Source of the DNA: Candidatus Latescibacterota bacterium
GTDB taxonomy: Bacteria; Latescibacterota; UBA2968
NCBI GenBank assembly: GCA_965205975.1
Contig: OZ242195.1
Span: forward strand, 800,001-864,000
Direction: 5' to 3'
DNA length: 64,000 nt
Part shown: piece after piece, positions 19,142-29,423 of the stretch
How positions within the stretch are numbered: the first letter of the stretch is position 1
Layout: each line of letters begins with the position of its first letter
The notes under the pieces: model-generated
What the model was told of the DNA's origin: nothing
What the model saw: only the letters and a program-made list of their open reading frames with translations
Database searches by the model: none
Made by a program: the position numbers and the translations under genes

Positions 19142-20176
19142 CTATTCAAACCAATGAGGGGATTGCGGGCGCTTCGTGCGAATCGAATCCAGTGCTGCCT
19201 CACAGATAGAAACTATGCGCGCACCCCATCGAGCCGGGATCGGATTACTGATTTTGCCATCGAGCAGATTCAGATAATCGACCACAGAGCGTCCCCAGCC
19301 GTGTCCTCCAATCACTTCATGAACAGATGATTCTTCAATTGGAACTGGCTCATGGCCACGGCGGAAAAGTTGCCCTTTCCACAACGTGCCCTCGGTGCCA
19401 TATACGGCCAGAAAGCCACCGCCCATTCCCTCGCCCATGCCATGTCCGGAGCAGCCGCTTGTCACAAAGACTTTGCCTGTGACGCCATTTTCAAATTGAA
19501 GGATCACAATATAACAGTCATCATCTGGAAATACCGGGATGCTGAGCTTATTGCTATAGGCATAGACCTCCGCAACCGGGGATTCGACGGTCCACAAAAT
19601 CAGATCAAGGGGGTGGCAGCCGCCGCCCAGCAGGATATTCTGAGGATTTTGCCGATCAATGCGCCAGGGTGTGTGGTTTTTGCCCTCGGGTGAATAATGA
19701 CTCCACATGTCGTGGATGTAATCGCCCTGGACAAAGAAAACATCGCCGATCTCACCGGATTGGGCCATCAGTGCCATTTCGTGCCAGGGATGCAGGTAGC
19801 GCATGGTTTGGTCGGTCATGACGTGCCGGCCACTCTTTGCTTCTGCGTTGAGGATGCGTTGGGCATCTGCCACTGTGGTGGCAAGCGGTTTTTCCACCAG
19901 GACGTGGCAGCCCTGCTCCAATGCCATGACAGTCTGGCCGGCGTGCAAGTGATCCGGTCCTGCCACGACTACAACATCGGGTTGCGTTTCTCGTAAGAGT
20001 TGAGCGTACTCGTGGCCAGTCGAGGCATCGGGATATTGCTCATGCATCATGTCCAACTGTGCCTGCTGTGGATCGACGAGCCCCACAATTTCTCCACGTC
20101 CATCAGCGGCGGCTACCCGGGCCACGTTACGGCCAGCGCTTCCACAGCCGCTAATCAAGAATTTGTAAGGTTTCAT
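19142..20176 (-). CDS. Gfo/Idh/MocA-family oxidoreductase
   Basis: GCGSAG Rossmann motif, HVLVEKP, GGGCHPLD. Confidence 0.92.
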   Translation of the reverse strand: MKPYKFLISGCGSAGRNVARVAAADGRGEIVGLVDPQQAQLDMMHEQYPDASTGHEYAQLLRETQPDVVVVAGPDHLHAGQTVMALEQGCHVLVEKPLATTVADAQRILNAEAKSGRHVMTDQTMRYLHPWHEMALMAQSGEIGDVFFVQGDYIHDMWSHYSPEGKNHTPWRIDRQNPQNILLGGGCHPLDLILWTVESPVAEVYAYSNKLSIPVFPDDDCYIVILQFENGVTGKVFVTSGCSGHGMGEGMGGGFLAVYGTEGTLWKGQLFRRGHEPVPIEESSVHEVIGGHGWGRSVVDYLNLLDGKISNPIPARWGARIVSICEAALDSIRTKRPQSPHWFE

Positions 20177-20216
20177 GGCAAATATCTCAATTTTTCTGAA
20201 AACCGAATGTTCACTA

Positions 20217-20999
20217 TCACCTTTTTGCACTAATTTCAGCGATGGTGTCGCCGGTTATTTTGACGGTGTGGGTATCTACTCGCTCAACGTCCTCACGGGT
20301 AGCCCTGGCTTCGGCACTATCAGCGGACTGATATTCGGTCGCGAAAATATACGGAGATGGGATTGTATAAGGTGCGATTTCCCCGATTCGCCCCATGGCC
20401 TTGCGAGCGCGTTCTCGGAGCAGATCCCGAGCTTTGGTGGGGGAGAGGGTGAGTGCAGCTGTGCGGCTGAGCCCCTCTTTCACGACAACGCCTTCTATGT
20501 CGGGAACATAACGGCGGGCCTCATCTACAGCAGCCCGATCCCCACTGACGAAAACCGTAGGCACGCCAACCTCACCGGCATGCGCTATGTTGAAACCAAT
20601 TTCGCCGATCAGTTCATCGTTCAACCAGCAGTTGGCAATGCTTCGAGAACTCCAACTGTGACACAGCACGCCATCAGGTGTATTTTCCATCGCGTGATGG
20701 CCATACAAAAACTGCGCCTCAAATGTCAATCCCATCTCCCACGCAGAGCCTCTGGGGCGACCGAATATCACCCGGGCTTCACGGTGGATATGTTCGATAT
20801 TGATTCCGCCGCTGCCGTGTCCGTCCAGCACGATAGGGTCAGTGGCGCCTCCTTCCATAGCACCGTCTATGAGGGCGTTGATCTCCAGAGTGGCCAGATA
20901 TTTGGCCTGTTCGTTGTCGCGCCCCCCGTCGTATGTCTGAGTTTTGAAATCTACGACGCCAGCAGTGCCTTCCAAATCGCATAAGATAAGAATTCTCAT
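20217..20999 (-). CDS. M55-family D-aminopeptidase (DppA-like)
   Basis: DLEG, DGHGSG, GHHA, HSW, GEIG, VSGD. Confidence 0.92.
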   Translation of the reverse strand: MRILILCDLEGTAGVVDFKTQTYDGGRDNEQAKYLATLEINALIDGAMEGGATDPIVLDGHGSGGINIEHIHREARVIFGRPRGSAWEMGLTFEAQFLYGHHAMENTPDGVLCHSWSSRSIANCWLNDELIGEIGFNIAHAGEVGVPTVFVSGDRAAVDEARRYVPDIEGVVVKEGLSRTAALTLSPTKARDLLRERARKAMGRIGEIAPYTIPSPYIFATEYQSADSAEARATREDVERVDTHTVKITGDTIAEISAKR

Positions 21000-21124
21000 G
21001 GAAAGTCTCCTGATGAAATTGACGATGTTTCAAGTTGCCAAAATACATGATTGTGGGGCACTCCTGCAAGCAGAGATGCGCCCGCCTCTCTTCCGAAAGA
21101 TGCTTCGCCCAATTGCGTTTGACT

Positions 21125-21585
21125 TCGGCCTGGCGAGTTCGTATTCGCCGCCGAGGCAGATTCCGAGCACGGGCGACTTGCTGTGTGTGTGGAACCAGGT
21201 GTCGCGGGATGAGATCAAACGGGGCTATCGGCGGGGACGACTATCGGCGGCGATTTCCAGGGATAGTGGCGCGAATTGGGAGCGGTTCAAGGCAATTGAG
21301 GTGAGCGATGGTATGGAGGACGTGGAGCGGGTGGTGCCTCAGGAGCCGATTACGCCGGTGGTCGGGCTACCCGACGTGGGCACGTTGCCGGAGGGTTTCG
21401 CCACCTTCGACTATCCCAATGTGTGGTTTGCGGGCGATAAGGTGTACCTGACCTACCACCGGAGCTGGGTCGAAGTAGATGAGGACGCCGGGGAAGCGGT
21501 GACACTGGGGGAACGGAAAGGGAGGACGAGAAAGCCGCGCGAGATGGTGCTGCGCATTTATCCACTGGCGGAATTTTACCGCTGA
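21125..21585 (+). pseudogene. C-terminal fragment of a sialidase/BNR-family protein
   Basis: LASSYSPP..IPSTGDLLCVWNQ, Asp-box SRDSGANW, FDYP; no credible start and most blades missing; left boundary approximate. Confidence 0.7.
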
Positions 21586-21593
21586 AATGTCGT

Positions 21594-22832
21594 TTATTCT
21601 ATTTCTGTATAGTCGGAGGTGAGGGTTAAATCACCCGACTTCACATTCATAAAGCAGGCGGTTGTTCCTTCTGGCTGCGTGGCGGTTACTACCCACTGCT
21701 CGGCCATCCTTTCCAGCTTTGCAGGTGATTCAATCCACTTCCTTTTGCCGGTTATCCCGGTATCAGCAGTTGATATCAGAAAAGCCTCATCCAATGGTCT
21801 TGATGATTCAAAAATTACTGTGAACTGTCGGCCCTTAGTCCTGGATGAAATTTGCCTGGCCCAGGGTTTGCCCTCTTTGACAACGCTGTCTGCGAAGGCA
21901 TAGCTGTCCGGAGGTTTCCAGCCGGCCTGGTGCCCGTGTCTCATGCCGGGGATCAGACATACCATGTATGGCCCAGATACAGTGCGATAGCAGGAGGCCT
22001 GCTTGTCCAATGGAAAGTGCTGGTCTCCTGGCCAGGAGAGCCACAGGGTCGGGGTTTTTACTTTTTTTAAGCGTAGCACAGGATCCCAGACCTGCTTGTA
22101 AAGGTCATTATTTCCAAGTGCCCTGCCGTATTGATTGGCCGCCTGGGACAGGTTCCCGCATCCGTACGTGGGAATGGCAAAAGCAAAGCGGTCGTCGATA
22201 CCGATAACCGTGCTTGCAATAATGCCTCCCCAGGAGATACCCATCAGGCCGACTTTCGTACTATCTACCTGTGGCAAGGAACGAAGGAGCGAGTTCGCGA
22301 GGATTGCATCGGCAACGGCGTGATACATCCATTGTTCTTCAATCGGTTTGTCGGAGTCACCGTAAATACCTGTGCGGGCGGGTCCTGACCATGGGTGTTT
22401 TTTCCACCTGTTGCGCCTATTGTCGCCGGGTTTCCCTATCTCCCGTTCATCTATCTGCCCTTCCACTGCGATACTGATTGCCGCGTATCCGTGAGCATTC
22501 CACTTTTCAACCCACTCCTTAAAGGCGGTTCCGCCACCGCCATGGATTAACACGATTCCCGGGACCTTGTGGCTCGACGATGCACCCTCAGGGATACCGA
22601 TCCATGCATAGACGCGGGTTGGTTTTCCCGCGTACATAAGCGCATCAAAGTAGATCGTTTTCAACTCTCCAGCACCAATACTGACGATTTGTTCCTTTTC
22701 ATTGCGGACAACAGGCGCATTTGTCAACTCTGCCAGTGCGCGTATTTTCAATTCCTCTGTGCGGTAATCAGCTTGCACGCTCAAAGTCCTCAACATTGCT
22801 GTTAGAATAATCGTCCAGTTAATCATTCTCAT
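21594..22832 (-). CDS. Secreted alpha/beta hydrolase (acetylxylan esterase-like)
   Basis: Signal peptide, HGGGG, GISWGG, YGCG. Confidence 0.8.
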   Translation of the reverse strand: MRMINWTIILTAMLRTLSVQADYRTEELKIRALAELTNAPVVRNEKEQIVSIGAGELKTIYFDALMYAGKPTRVYAWIGIPEGASSSHKVPGIVLIHGGGGTAFKEWVEKWNAHGYAAISIAVEGQIDEREIGKPGDNRRNRWKKHPWSGPARTGIYGDSDKPIEEQWMYHAVADAILANSLLRSLPQVDSTKVGLMGISWGGIIASTVIGIDDRFAFAIPTYGCGNLSQAANQYGRALGNNDLYKQVWDPVLRLKKVKTPTLWLSWPGDQHFPLDKQASCYRTVSGPYMVCLIPGMRHGHQAGWKPPDSYAFADSVVKEGKPWARQISSRTKGRQFTVIFESSRPLDEAFLISTADTGITGKRKWIESPAKLERMAEQWVVTATQPEGTTACFMNVKSGDLTLTSDYTEIE

Positions 22833-22867
22833 TGTATTACTTCTGTTCTCCAAAAGTCTTGATCGCC

Positions 22868-24328
22868 CTATCTCCTGAAGGGCTTCCGCCTCATCGAAGA
22901 ATAGACGTCTTCCAAAGTTCCGGCCTTTTTATGCCATGCCAATGCCTGTTCATTGGCGTCTTTGACATACTTGAGCGCCTCGGTAATAGGCTTCCCCATA
23001 GGATCGAAATACCCGGTCTGAGACTTACCCGTAGCGTCATGCGTTCCAGCCCAGGTTTCGATATACCCACACGTCTGCCAGCCCAGCATAAAGGGCAGGT
23101 TCATGATGCCCTTTAAATATACGGCGTACTGTTTGCCTTTATCCTCAATTGTGGGGACTTCCACCCCTTTCACCTTATCCATATGGGGGCGCAGGAATCC
23201 ATAGGCGTGATCGCCGTTGATGATGGGCTTTCCAGTCTTTTCATAAATTCTCCGCAGTTTTTGTTCGTGAGCCGGCGTATAGAAATCGTAATCCTGGATC
23301 AGCACCACATCTACGTAATTTTTCACAATATCCCACACCCAATCGGGTTGGGGCCTCGCATTTTGTATTTTATCGCCAAAAATCAAATGATTGGAGTCGT
23401 GTTTCCTGATGGCATCGTGGTGAGCCTTGAGATAAGCGTCAACGATTTTTGCATTCATAAGTGCCTGATCGGTAAACCCCCTTTTGGGATCCTCGGGCAT
23501 ACCATACGCGCTTATTTCGAAAAAATCCTCCCACGCATTCACATTTAATCCGTACATTTCCCCAGCCTCAGCAGCGGAAGAATACTGACCCTGTAACACT
23601 CCAATCCAAACTCTCTTCCCTGGTGTCTTGCCGGGGCGAGACAAGATGTCCATGATCCAGGGATGGTGCTCAAAATTTCTAATTGGCTTTCCCAAATTGT
23701 AAATTGTGTAAGCGGGTAGGTCTTCGTAACTGTATCCTAACAGGTACTTTGAGTCCCTGTGCTTTGAAGTGTAAGCTTTGACAAAATGGTCGAGTTTTTG
23801 TTTCCAGGCAGGATCAAATACGTCGGGGAAGCGCTTGTCGGCTGACCACTGTTTGACCCGTTTGGGATGAACATGGCTCATTCTCAGCTTGCCGAAATAA
23901 TACAACTTCAATTCGTTGCAGTAATCCGTGGGCATTACGTGTGGATGATGAAAGGATAGGGTATTGAAACCGTAATCTTTGTGATCTTTAGCTATAATCT
24001 CCAGCCAGGTCCTGGCTCCTTCGGACTTAAAATCGACTCTTTTTCCCTTCATGATCCCGCCGCCGATTTTCTCGATCCAGTGTTCTTTGTTGTAACTGGC
24101 AAATCTGTGCAGGGGTCCCACGTGATTCATTCCAAGAGGAATAAAGGGTTCGCCATCACCGTTAATCATGGTCCAGATGCCGCCTACCTCTTCCAGGTGG
24201 ACAAAGTCTTTGTTCCCAATGATTCTAACTGCGTCTTCCTTGTCGATCTGAGCAAACGAATGACTAAACGCGGCTGTACAAAACAAGAAGAGCGTTGTTG
24301 ATCTGAATAGCGCTTGTGAAAGTATCAT
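22868..24328 (-). CDS. Secreted glycoside hydrolase-like protein (GH50/beta-agarase-like TIM barrel)
   Basis: Signal peptide; FPDVFDP, LLGYS, AIRKHDSNHLIFGD, TGKPII. Confidence 0.6.
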   Translation of the reverse strand: MILSQALFRSTTLFLFCTAAFSHSFAQIDKEDAVRIIGNKDFVHLEEVGGIWTMINGDGEPFIPLGMNHVGPLHRFASYNKEHWIEKIGGGIMKGKRVDFKSEGARTWLEIIAKDHKDYGFNTLSFHHPHVMPTDYCNELKLYYFGKLRMSHVHPKRVKQWSADKRFPDVFDPAWKQKLDHFVKAYTSKHRDSKYLLGYSYEDLPAYTIYNLGKPIRNFEHHPWIMDILSRPGKTPGKRVWIGVLQGQYSSAAEAGEMYGLNVNAWEDFFEISAYGMPEDPKRGFTDQALMNAKIVDAYLKAHHDAIRKHDSNHLIFGDKIQNARPQPDWVWDIVKNYVDVVLIQDYDFYTPAHEQKLRRIYEKTGKPIINGDHAYGFLRPHMDKVKGVEVPTIEDKGKQYAVYLKGIMNLPFMLGWQTCGYIETWAGTHDATGKSQTGYFDPMGKPITEALKYVKDANEQALAWHKKAGTLEDVYSSMRRKPFRR

Positions 24329-24375
24329 AACTGTTTCCTTTGGACCTGTTAGAAGTAGTGGCGGCTCGACGCCTT

Positions 24376-25545
24376 TTACATCTGTTTTGGAGCGTGCGAT
24401 TCCCGCAAAAACGCAGAGATCACAAAGAGTGCAAGGAATGCTGGAAGGACTGCCAGCAACAATGGATAGGCCATTTCACCTGTCACCCCGAGTGCTGCGA
24501 CTCCAAGCAGCGGCGCAATTAACAAAGAGAGATCCATGAGGGAATCAAATGCCCCCATGGCGGCTCCTATATATGACGTGTCAAACGCCTCCGAAGCGTA
24601 CACGAATGATAATAAGTATGGCACTGCATTTGTAAGACAGAAGAGAACGTAGAACCCTATCAGCAGGGATAGACTGTCGGCATAGACCAGTCCCACTCCC
24701 GATAGAACCAGGAGTCCGAGAGACGCGAGAACATAGATTTTTCGTCCCACTTTCTCAGAGATTGCTCCGGTGAAGTATGAGGATACACTGAATGCAAATG
24801 AACCGGTTGCCAGAATTAGCCCGATCTCCCAGGCCTCGAGTCCCAACACCTCGCCCTTTGTCGGCACAAACACTCCGAAAATCCCGAAGGCAAACAGACC
24901 TGCGAATCCCATCAGAAGATAGACGAATACGTGACTATTTCTAAAGGTTGCACCAAGGCTGCGAAAAACTCCCAGATTGTGCTCTGATGAGGCCCGTTCT
25001 CCGCCCTTGATCAGATAGAAAGCAGCACAGAAGGCCACGAGTGAGAGAAGCCCGTCCACAAGGAATGGTGCCCGAAGTGAAGCCAACGAAAGTGCTGCTC
25101 CTATGGCGGGGCCAACCACGAAGGACAGTCCCTGACTACTTCTGAGAATCCCGAAGAACCGCCCCGGAGCATCCTTGCCAAGCGTTGAAGTGATTGCCAG
25201 GAGAGCGGGCATTGAGATGGCATCAGCGACACCACCGAGGACTCGAAGAATTACCAAATGGCCCCAGTCGCTCGCAATCAGACACAAAAGAGATGAAACT
25301 GAACCGAGGGCCGTGCCTATCAGAATGAGACGTTTCCGTGAGAAGCGATCCGCAAGGGCACCTGCGAAGAATTGGGCGACTACCACTGTGGCAAGGGCGG
25401 CCGACACGACTATGGGTATCTGGTACGTTTCAGCTCCGAGTTCCGTGCTGAGTCTCGGCAATACGGGAAGGCTGACGAGAGTACTCAGAAAGATGATGAA
25501 CGCCATCAAGCCAATGGCATACATCCTGTGCAGATCAGATGTCAT
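24376..25545 (-). CDS. MFS transporter
   Basis: About 12 hydrophobic segments; motif A GALADRFSRK and GAISEKVGRK. Confidence 0.92.
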   Translation of the reverse strand: MTSDLHRMYAIGLMAFIIFLSTLVSLPVLPRLSTELGAETYQIPIVVSAALATVVVAQFFAGALADRFSRKRLILIGTALGSVSSLLCLIASDWGHLVILRVLGGVADAISMPALLAITSTLGKDAPGRFFGILRSSQGLSFVVGPAIGAALSLASLRAPFLVDGLLSLVAFCAAFYLIKGGERASSEHNLGVFRSLGATFRNSHVFVYLLMGFAGLFAFGIFGVFVPTKGEVLGLEAWEIGLILATGSFAFSVSSYFTGAISEKVGRKIYVLASLGLLVLSGVGLVYADSLSLLIGFYVLFCLTNAVPYLLSFVYASEAFDTSYIGAAMGAFDSLMDLSLLIAPLLGVAALGVTGEMAYPLLLAVLPAFLALFVISAFLRESHAPKQM

Positions 25546-25569
25546 TCCCCCTCCTCTATAGGGTAGGTT

Positions 25570-25623
25570 GTCGAATGGCAGAAGGAGTGCAGCGACTGAA
25601 GCACGGACACATGGTTAAGCGTC
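25570..25623 (-). repeat. Degenerate attC-like element, copy A
   Basis: Minus strand GACGCTTAACCAT...CTGCCATTCGAC; both ends shared with 28670-28722. Confidence 0.4.
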
Positions 25624-25642
25624 CGTATTGTTTTTTGTTATC

Positions 25643-26797
25643 TTATTTTTGGGTGGGAAATAAGTGTTGCAGAGAATTCTTGGCAGATAGCGTATCATCA
25701 AATGGTTCAATTTTATTATTCTCAACAATAACTGATGAACGATCTCTTGGAGCAACATCAATTTCAACAACTAATATCTTTGGATCGTTGGTATAAAAAA
25801 CATTGTTCACAACAGTGTTATCCCGCCCTGTTGGAGCAGGGATATTTTTCTGATCAAGATAGTCCACCCTTACTGGATCGTCCGTTTTTTTATTAAAAAT
25901 CTGAATATATCGAGTCAGGTTCTTATTAGATCCGATGAATTTATTATCCTTTATGATGTTGGCAAATCCCGCCAGTTTGACAATCTCTTCATTGTAGGAT
26001 TTTTCATAACAGTATAGAATATTATTCCGGACGGTTACAAATGAGGCCGCGTATTTGATATCGATATATTGCCCCAGTAATCCCGGTCCCAATATGCTTT
26101 CCTCAATTATGATATTATGGGCTCTTGCCATTTTTCCTCTTTCTTCAAGCCCTTTTGATGAACCAATATAAAAGCCTTCTCCTTCATGAGCGTTATAATC
26201 TTTATCCAGCCATTCTCCAATATGATGGATTTTCATTCTTCTAAAGGTGTTATGGTGACTTTCATTCCTGATAGCTACAGCAGTGTTATGTGTATGATGT
26301 ATATGCACATCTTCAATAACATTATGGTGTGATCCCGATCCCAATAAATATAAACCGATACGAAAACCCTGCGTGTTCCAATACCCCTTGTCCAGAGACA
26401 CTTTCTTCCCGGTTATTTCTATGCGGGAAATGTTCCAGAACGAGCCACTGAGTTTGATTGCTACCAAATCCTCTTCCTTTTTTTGGCCAACCGTGGAAAT
26501 TACAGCATATCGACCCTGGCCTGTGCTGTCTTTTGATGTAAGGGTGATTCTATTTTTAGCGGACCCATTTGCATGTAGCTTAAAACTCTTATCGATTTCA
26601 TACACTTTGCCGCCCTGAAGCACAATCGTATCACCAGGCTTGACGGTATCCAATGCATCGTAAACATCCTTGCTTGTAGCGCATTGATAAATATCGCTGG
26701 CGTAAAGCACATTGATATTGGCAATCAACAGGGAAAAGGAAATAATCAAAGGAGGCAAGAGTCGTTTCGGGGCTAAATTGTTAATGACGTTTTTCAT
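25643..26797 (-). CDS. Secreted right-handed beta-helix (pectin-lyase-like) protein, AT-rich
   Basis: KPGDTIVL, repeated HNVIED/HNTFRR/HNIIIEE strands, EGFYIG. Confidence 0.75.
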   Translation of the reverse strand: MKNVINNLAPKRLLPPLIISFSLLIANINVLYASDIYQCATSKDVYDALDTVKPGDTIVLQGGKVYEIDKSFKLHANGSAKNRITLTSKDSTGQGRYAVISTVGQKKEEDLVAIKLSGSFWNISRIEITGKKVSLDKGYWNTQGFRIGLYLLGSGSHHNVIEDVHIHHTHNTAVAIRNESHHNTFRRMKIHHIGEWLDKDYNAHEGEGFYIGSSKGLEERGKMARAHNIIIEESILGPGLLGQYIDIKYAASFVTVRNNILYCYEKSYNEEIVKLAGFANIIKDNKFIGSNKNLTRYIQIFNKKTDDPVRVDYLDQKNIPAPTGRDNTVVNNVFYTNDPKILVVEIDVAPRDRSSVIVENNKIEPFDDTLSAKNSLQHLFPTQK

Positions 26798-27807
26798 ACA
26801 TCCCTCACCATATCGTTCTCAGCCGACAGCCGTGCGACCTCCCCGCGCAGTCGGGCATTCTCTGTTACGATCTTGCCAGCGCGAATGTCCTCCTCCCTGA
26901 ACCTTGCCATGAAAACTGCTCCGGTTGGCGTGCGATTGTAATCGTAAATGATGTAGATTGTTCCATCGTCTGCCTGCACGCCATCGGGATAGGTGACCTT
27001 CTCCCGTTCATCCAGCATGAGTCCACCCTGCCACGTCTGGCCTTCATCGTCGGATACAAACGCCACCAGTTTCTCGCGTCTCGTCTTTTCGTTCATGGAT
27101 CCATGTTTGACCAATAACAATGCGCCAGACTTCAAACGACGCACAAAAAATCGGGTGGTAGGATGTGGTATTTTAAGACGTTCAACGGGCGTCCAGGTCT
27201 TTCCAAGATCGTAAGAAACTGTCTGGCCGATGCCACGGACTCGCACCAGCATCCAGAGTGAGCCATCCTTTCGCTCAACAATCATCGGTTCATCAGGTCC
27301 CCGCAATTCCGAGTTGACAATATTAGCAGTACTACGAAGCTCGAAGGTCTTGCCCTGATCGCGCGAGGCATAGACCTTGATGCTGTTGTCAGTCTTCCAT
27401 ACAGACGAGGTAAAGAGCCAATCGCCATTCGATAGTACCGTTGGTTTGTTCAGCATGATGCCATTACCCAATCGACGCGGTTTCGACCATGTTGGGTTCT
27501 CTGCATCTGGATCGCTGGTGACAATAGCCCATATGCCGTAACGGCCATCTTGTTGACCAAAACTCTGTCCCCAGAAAACCCACATCCGATCCTTGGGGTC
27601 GGTCCAGATGGAAGCGGACATAGCCCGAACGTCCCTGCGAGGCATTACCATGACTTTTGGATCTGACCAGGTGTGTCCATCGTCATCACTACGAATCAAG
27701 ACCTGGTAGTTTCGAGGGCTTTCGACATCCCGCCCGTAAACTGCCCACAACCGTCCCTTTGCGGTGCGTTCGATGCCTGGCACGCCCTGTCGTGTGGTTG
27801 GCGGCAC
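26794..27807 (-). CDS. Sialidase/BNR-repeat protein, probably 5'-truncated
   Basis: Asp-boxes SDDDGHTW, SRDQGKTF, SYDLGKTW, SDDEGQTW; reading frame continues upstream (VIVNPWKQH) into a junction without an RBS. Confidence 0.8.
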   Translation of the reverse strand: MPPTTRQGVPGIERTAKGRLWAVYGRDVESPRNYQVLIRSDDDGHTWSDPKVMVMPRRDVRAMSASIWTDPKDRMWVFWGQSFGQQDGRYGIWAIVTSDPDAENPTWSKPRRLGNGIMLNKPTVLSNGDWLFTSSVWKTDNSIKVYASRDQGKTFELRSTANIVNSELRGPDEPMIVERKDGSLWMLVRVRGIGQTVSYDLGKTWTPVERLKIPHPTTRFFVRRLKSGALLLVKHGSMNEKTRREKLVAFVSDDEGQTWQGGLMLDEREKVTYPDGVQADDGTIYIIYDYNRTPTGAVFMARFREEDIRAGKIVTENARLRGEVARLSAENDMVRDV

Positions 27808-27834
27808 ATGCTGTTTCCACGGATTGACAATGAC

Positions 27835-27941
27835 CGTCGTGCGTCCAATCCACCCTGAAACCCAAAGCGTTCTGATAATAGGCTGCTATCAAGGTCTGAG
27901 CAACTGAGACTCGGGATTATGACCTCTGCCATCTTTTGCAT
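27835..27941 (-). pseudogene. Frameshifted N-terminal fragment of a VOC/glyoxalase-family gene
   Basis: AAAGGAG then MQKMAEVIIPSLSCSDLD, continuing in a shifted frame as AYYQNALGFRVDWTHDG. Confidence 0.65.
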
Positions 27942-28028
27942 GAGAACCTCTCCTTTCAAATTTCTTTACAAGATTCCTGTCCCAGTCGGCAGGTAAGGCA
28001 CACAAGTCCTTCTTCACTCAGTGTTCTG

Positions 28029-28628
28029 TCAACCCAAGATCCCTCTGGATACCAGATGGGATTCGAGTCTCTCTACAGTTGTATAGTGATGGGTTTTCAG
28101 CCCAACGGAAATGGTAGTTTCAATATTTGGCAGCCTGTCGTCGATGAACAGGGATTCCTCTGCAGCAACATCCATGGTTCGCAGCACATGTGTGAACGCC
28201 CGTGGATCGCTCTTGGTGAATCCAGTCTCATAGGAATAAAACTGCCGCTTAAAGACCTGCAAAAAAGGGTGATTTTGTCTGACGAAATCAGCCCATTCTC
28301 TTCCATGATCTGAAAGGATGACTACATCCATCTTCTCCGCCAGCGATGTAACGAGTGCGATTGCGCGATTGTCGGATTGAAGAAGGTTTCGCCTTATCGT
28401 TTCTCTCAGCCCTTCTACAGTGATCGGCCAGCACCTCTCAGAGATTATCTCGCTAAGATACTCGTCCTCTGTTATACGCCCTACGAACAAAGTTGTGAGC
28501 AGATTTCCACCAAAGCATGGCAGGATTTCATTTTGTGGGATTCCCAGTATTGGCTGAAGTTCTACTTCTATTCCGTACAGGCCAGAAACAAGTACCTCAG
28601 AGAGATCGGAAATGATGAGCCTTATCAT
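28029..28628 (-). CDS. HAD-family hydrolase
   Basis: IISDLSEVL, ILSD, KSDP, LFIDDR. Confidence 0.85.
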   Translation of the reverse strand: MIRLIISDLSEVLVSGLYGIEVELQPILGIPQNEILPCFGGNLLTTLFVGRITEDEYLSEIISERCWPITVEGLRETIRRNLLQSDNRAIALVTSLAEKMDVVILSDHGREWADFVRQNHPFLQVFKRQFYSYETGFTKSDPRAFTHVLRTMDVAAEESLFIDDRLPNIETTISVGLKTHHYTTVERLESHLVSRGILG

Positions 28629-28669
28629 GGTCTGTGATTCTTTCGGCAAATAAGCCTTGTGGTTTCAAA

Positions 28670-28722
28670 GCCGAATGGCAGGTAATGTCTTCGACATGCC
28701 CGAATTGGGATGGTTGGGCGTC
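28670..28722 (-). repeat. Degenerate attC-like element, copy B
   Basis: Minus strand GACGCCCAACCAT (GCCCAAC fits RYYYAAC)...CTGCCATTCGGC. Confidence 0.4.
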
Positions 28723-28766
28723 TTTCAATTAATACGGCTGCTATTGCCGACGCAGGTGTGACAATT

Positions 28767-29363
28767 TTACCACTCATCCAGATTGCGATCAAAAAAACTC
28801 ATAATAGCCCTGGAATCAGGCCTATCCATATAAGCCATGTCTGAAAAATAACATCTACTATCGAGATCACACATTATCGAATTGAGAGGCGCGCCAAGAA
28901 TAGTTTTTAGGCTCTGATTTGAAGTAAATAGCACTTCCATTTGCCAACTGTGAAGAAGGGGTGCAGATTCACTGTGAACCAGAGCAATACAATTGTACCA
29001 GGTGCCAAAAGTTGAGTCACCAACAGAACATATTTTTTTTACATAATGGTCAATAATCTGCTGATCTGTGGCCTCTTGCTCTTGGGAACAAATTCGCCGG
29101 ACAAAAACGTTAGGTTGCTCCTTATTTGACAATCCATTGATCACCAGTCCAGAATCGATTGCAAAAGATGGGAGGCCCGATGTTTGATAATAAGCTATTG
29201 CCTTTTTGATCGCATTCTTTTCAGGGGTATCACCGTCTTCAGTTACATCTAATTTTAGTCCCAATTGGATAGGATCTATAATTTCAATTGAAAACGGCGA
29301 TAAAATATGTCTAACATGACGAATTTTTTCTTTATTGGCCGTTCCAAATAGAATCTTCTTCAT
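28767..29363 (-). CDS. Ham1/ITPase-like non-canonical purine NTP pyrophosphatase
   Basis: ILFGTANKEK, EDGDTPEKNAIKKA, AIDSGL. Confidence 0.8.
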   Translation of the reverse strand: MKKILFGTANKEKIRHVRHILSPFSIEIIDPIQLGLKLDVTEDGDTPEKNAIKKAIAYYQTSGLPSFAIDSGLVINGLSNKEQPNVFVRRICSQEQEATDQQIIDHYVKKICSVGDSTFGTWYNCIALVHSESAPLLHSWQMEVLFTSNQSLKTILGAPLNSIMCDLDSRCYFSDMAYMDRPDSRAIMSFFDRNLDEW

Positions 29364-29423
29364 AAAAAATTAAACCTCTGTTCTGTCTCGAACTCATCAA
29401 ACCCCTGGTCAACACGACTCTAC

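Noticed and set aside
20944..21124. First part of the 213-aa plus-strand ORF
   Set aside because: Overlaps the M55 peptidase start and upstream region; only the part from about 21125 is sialidase-like
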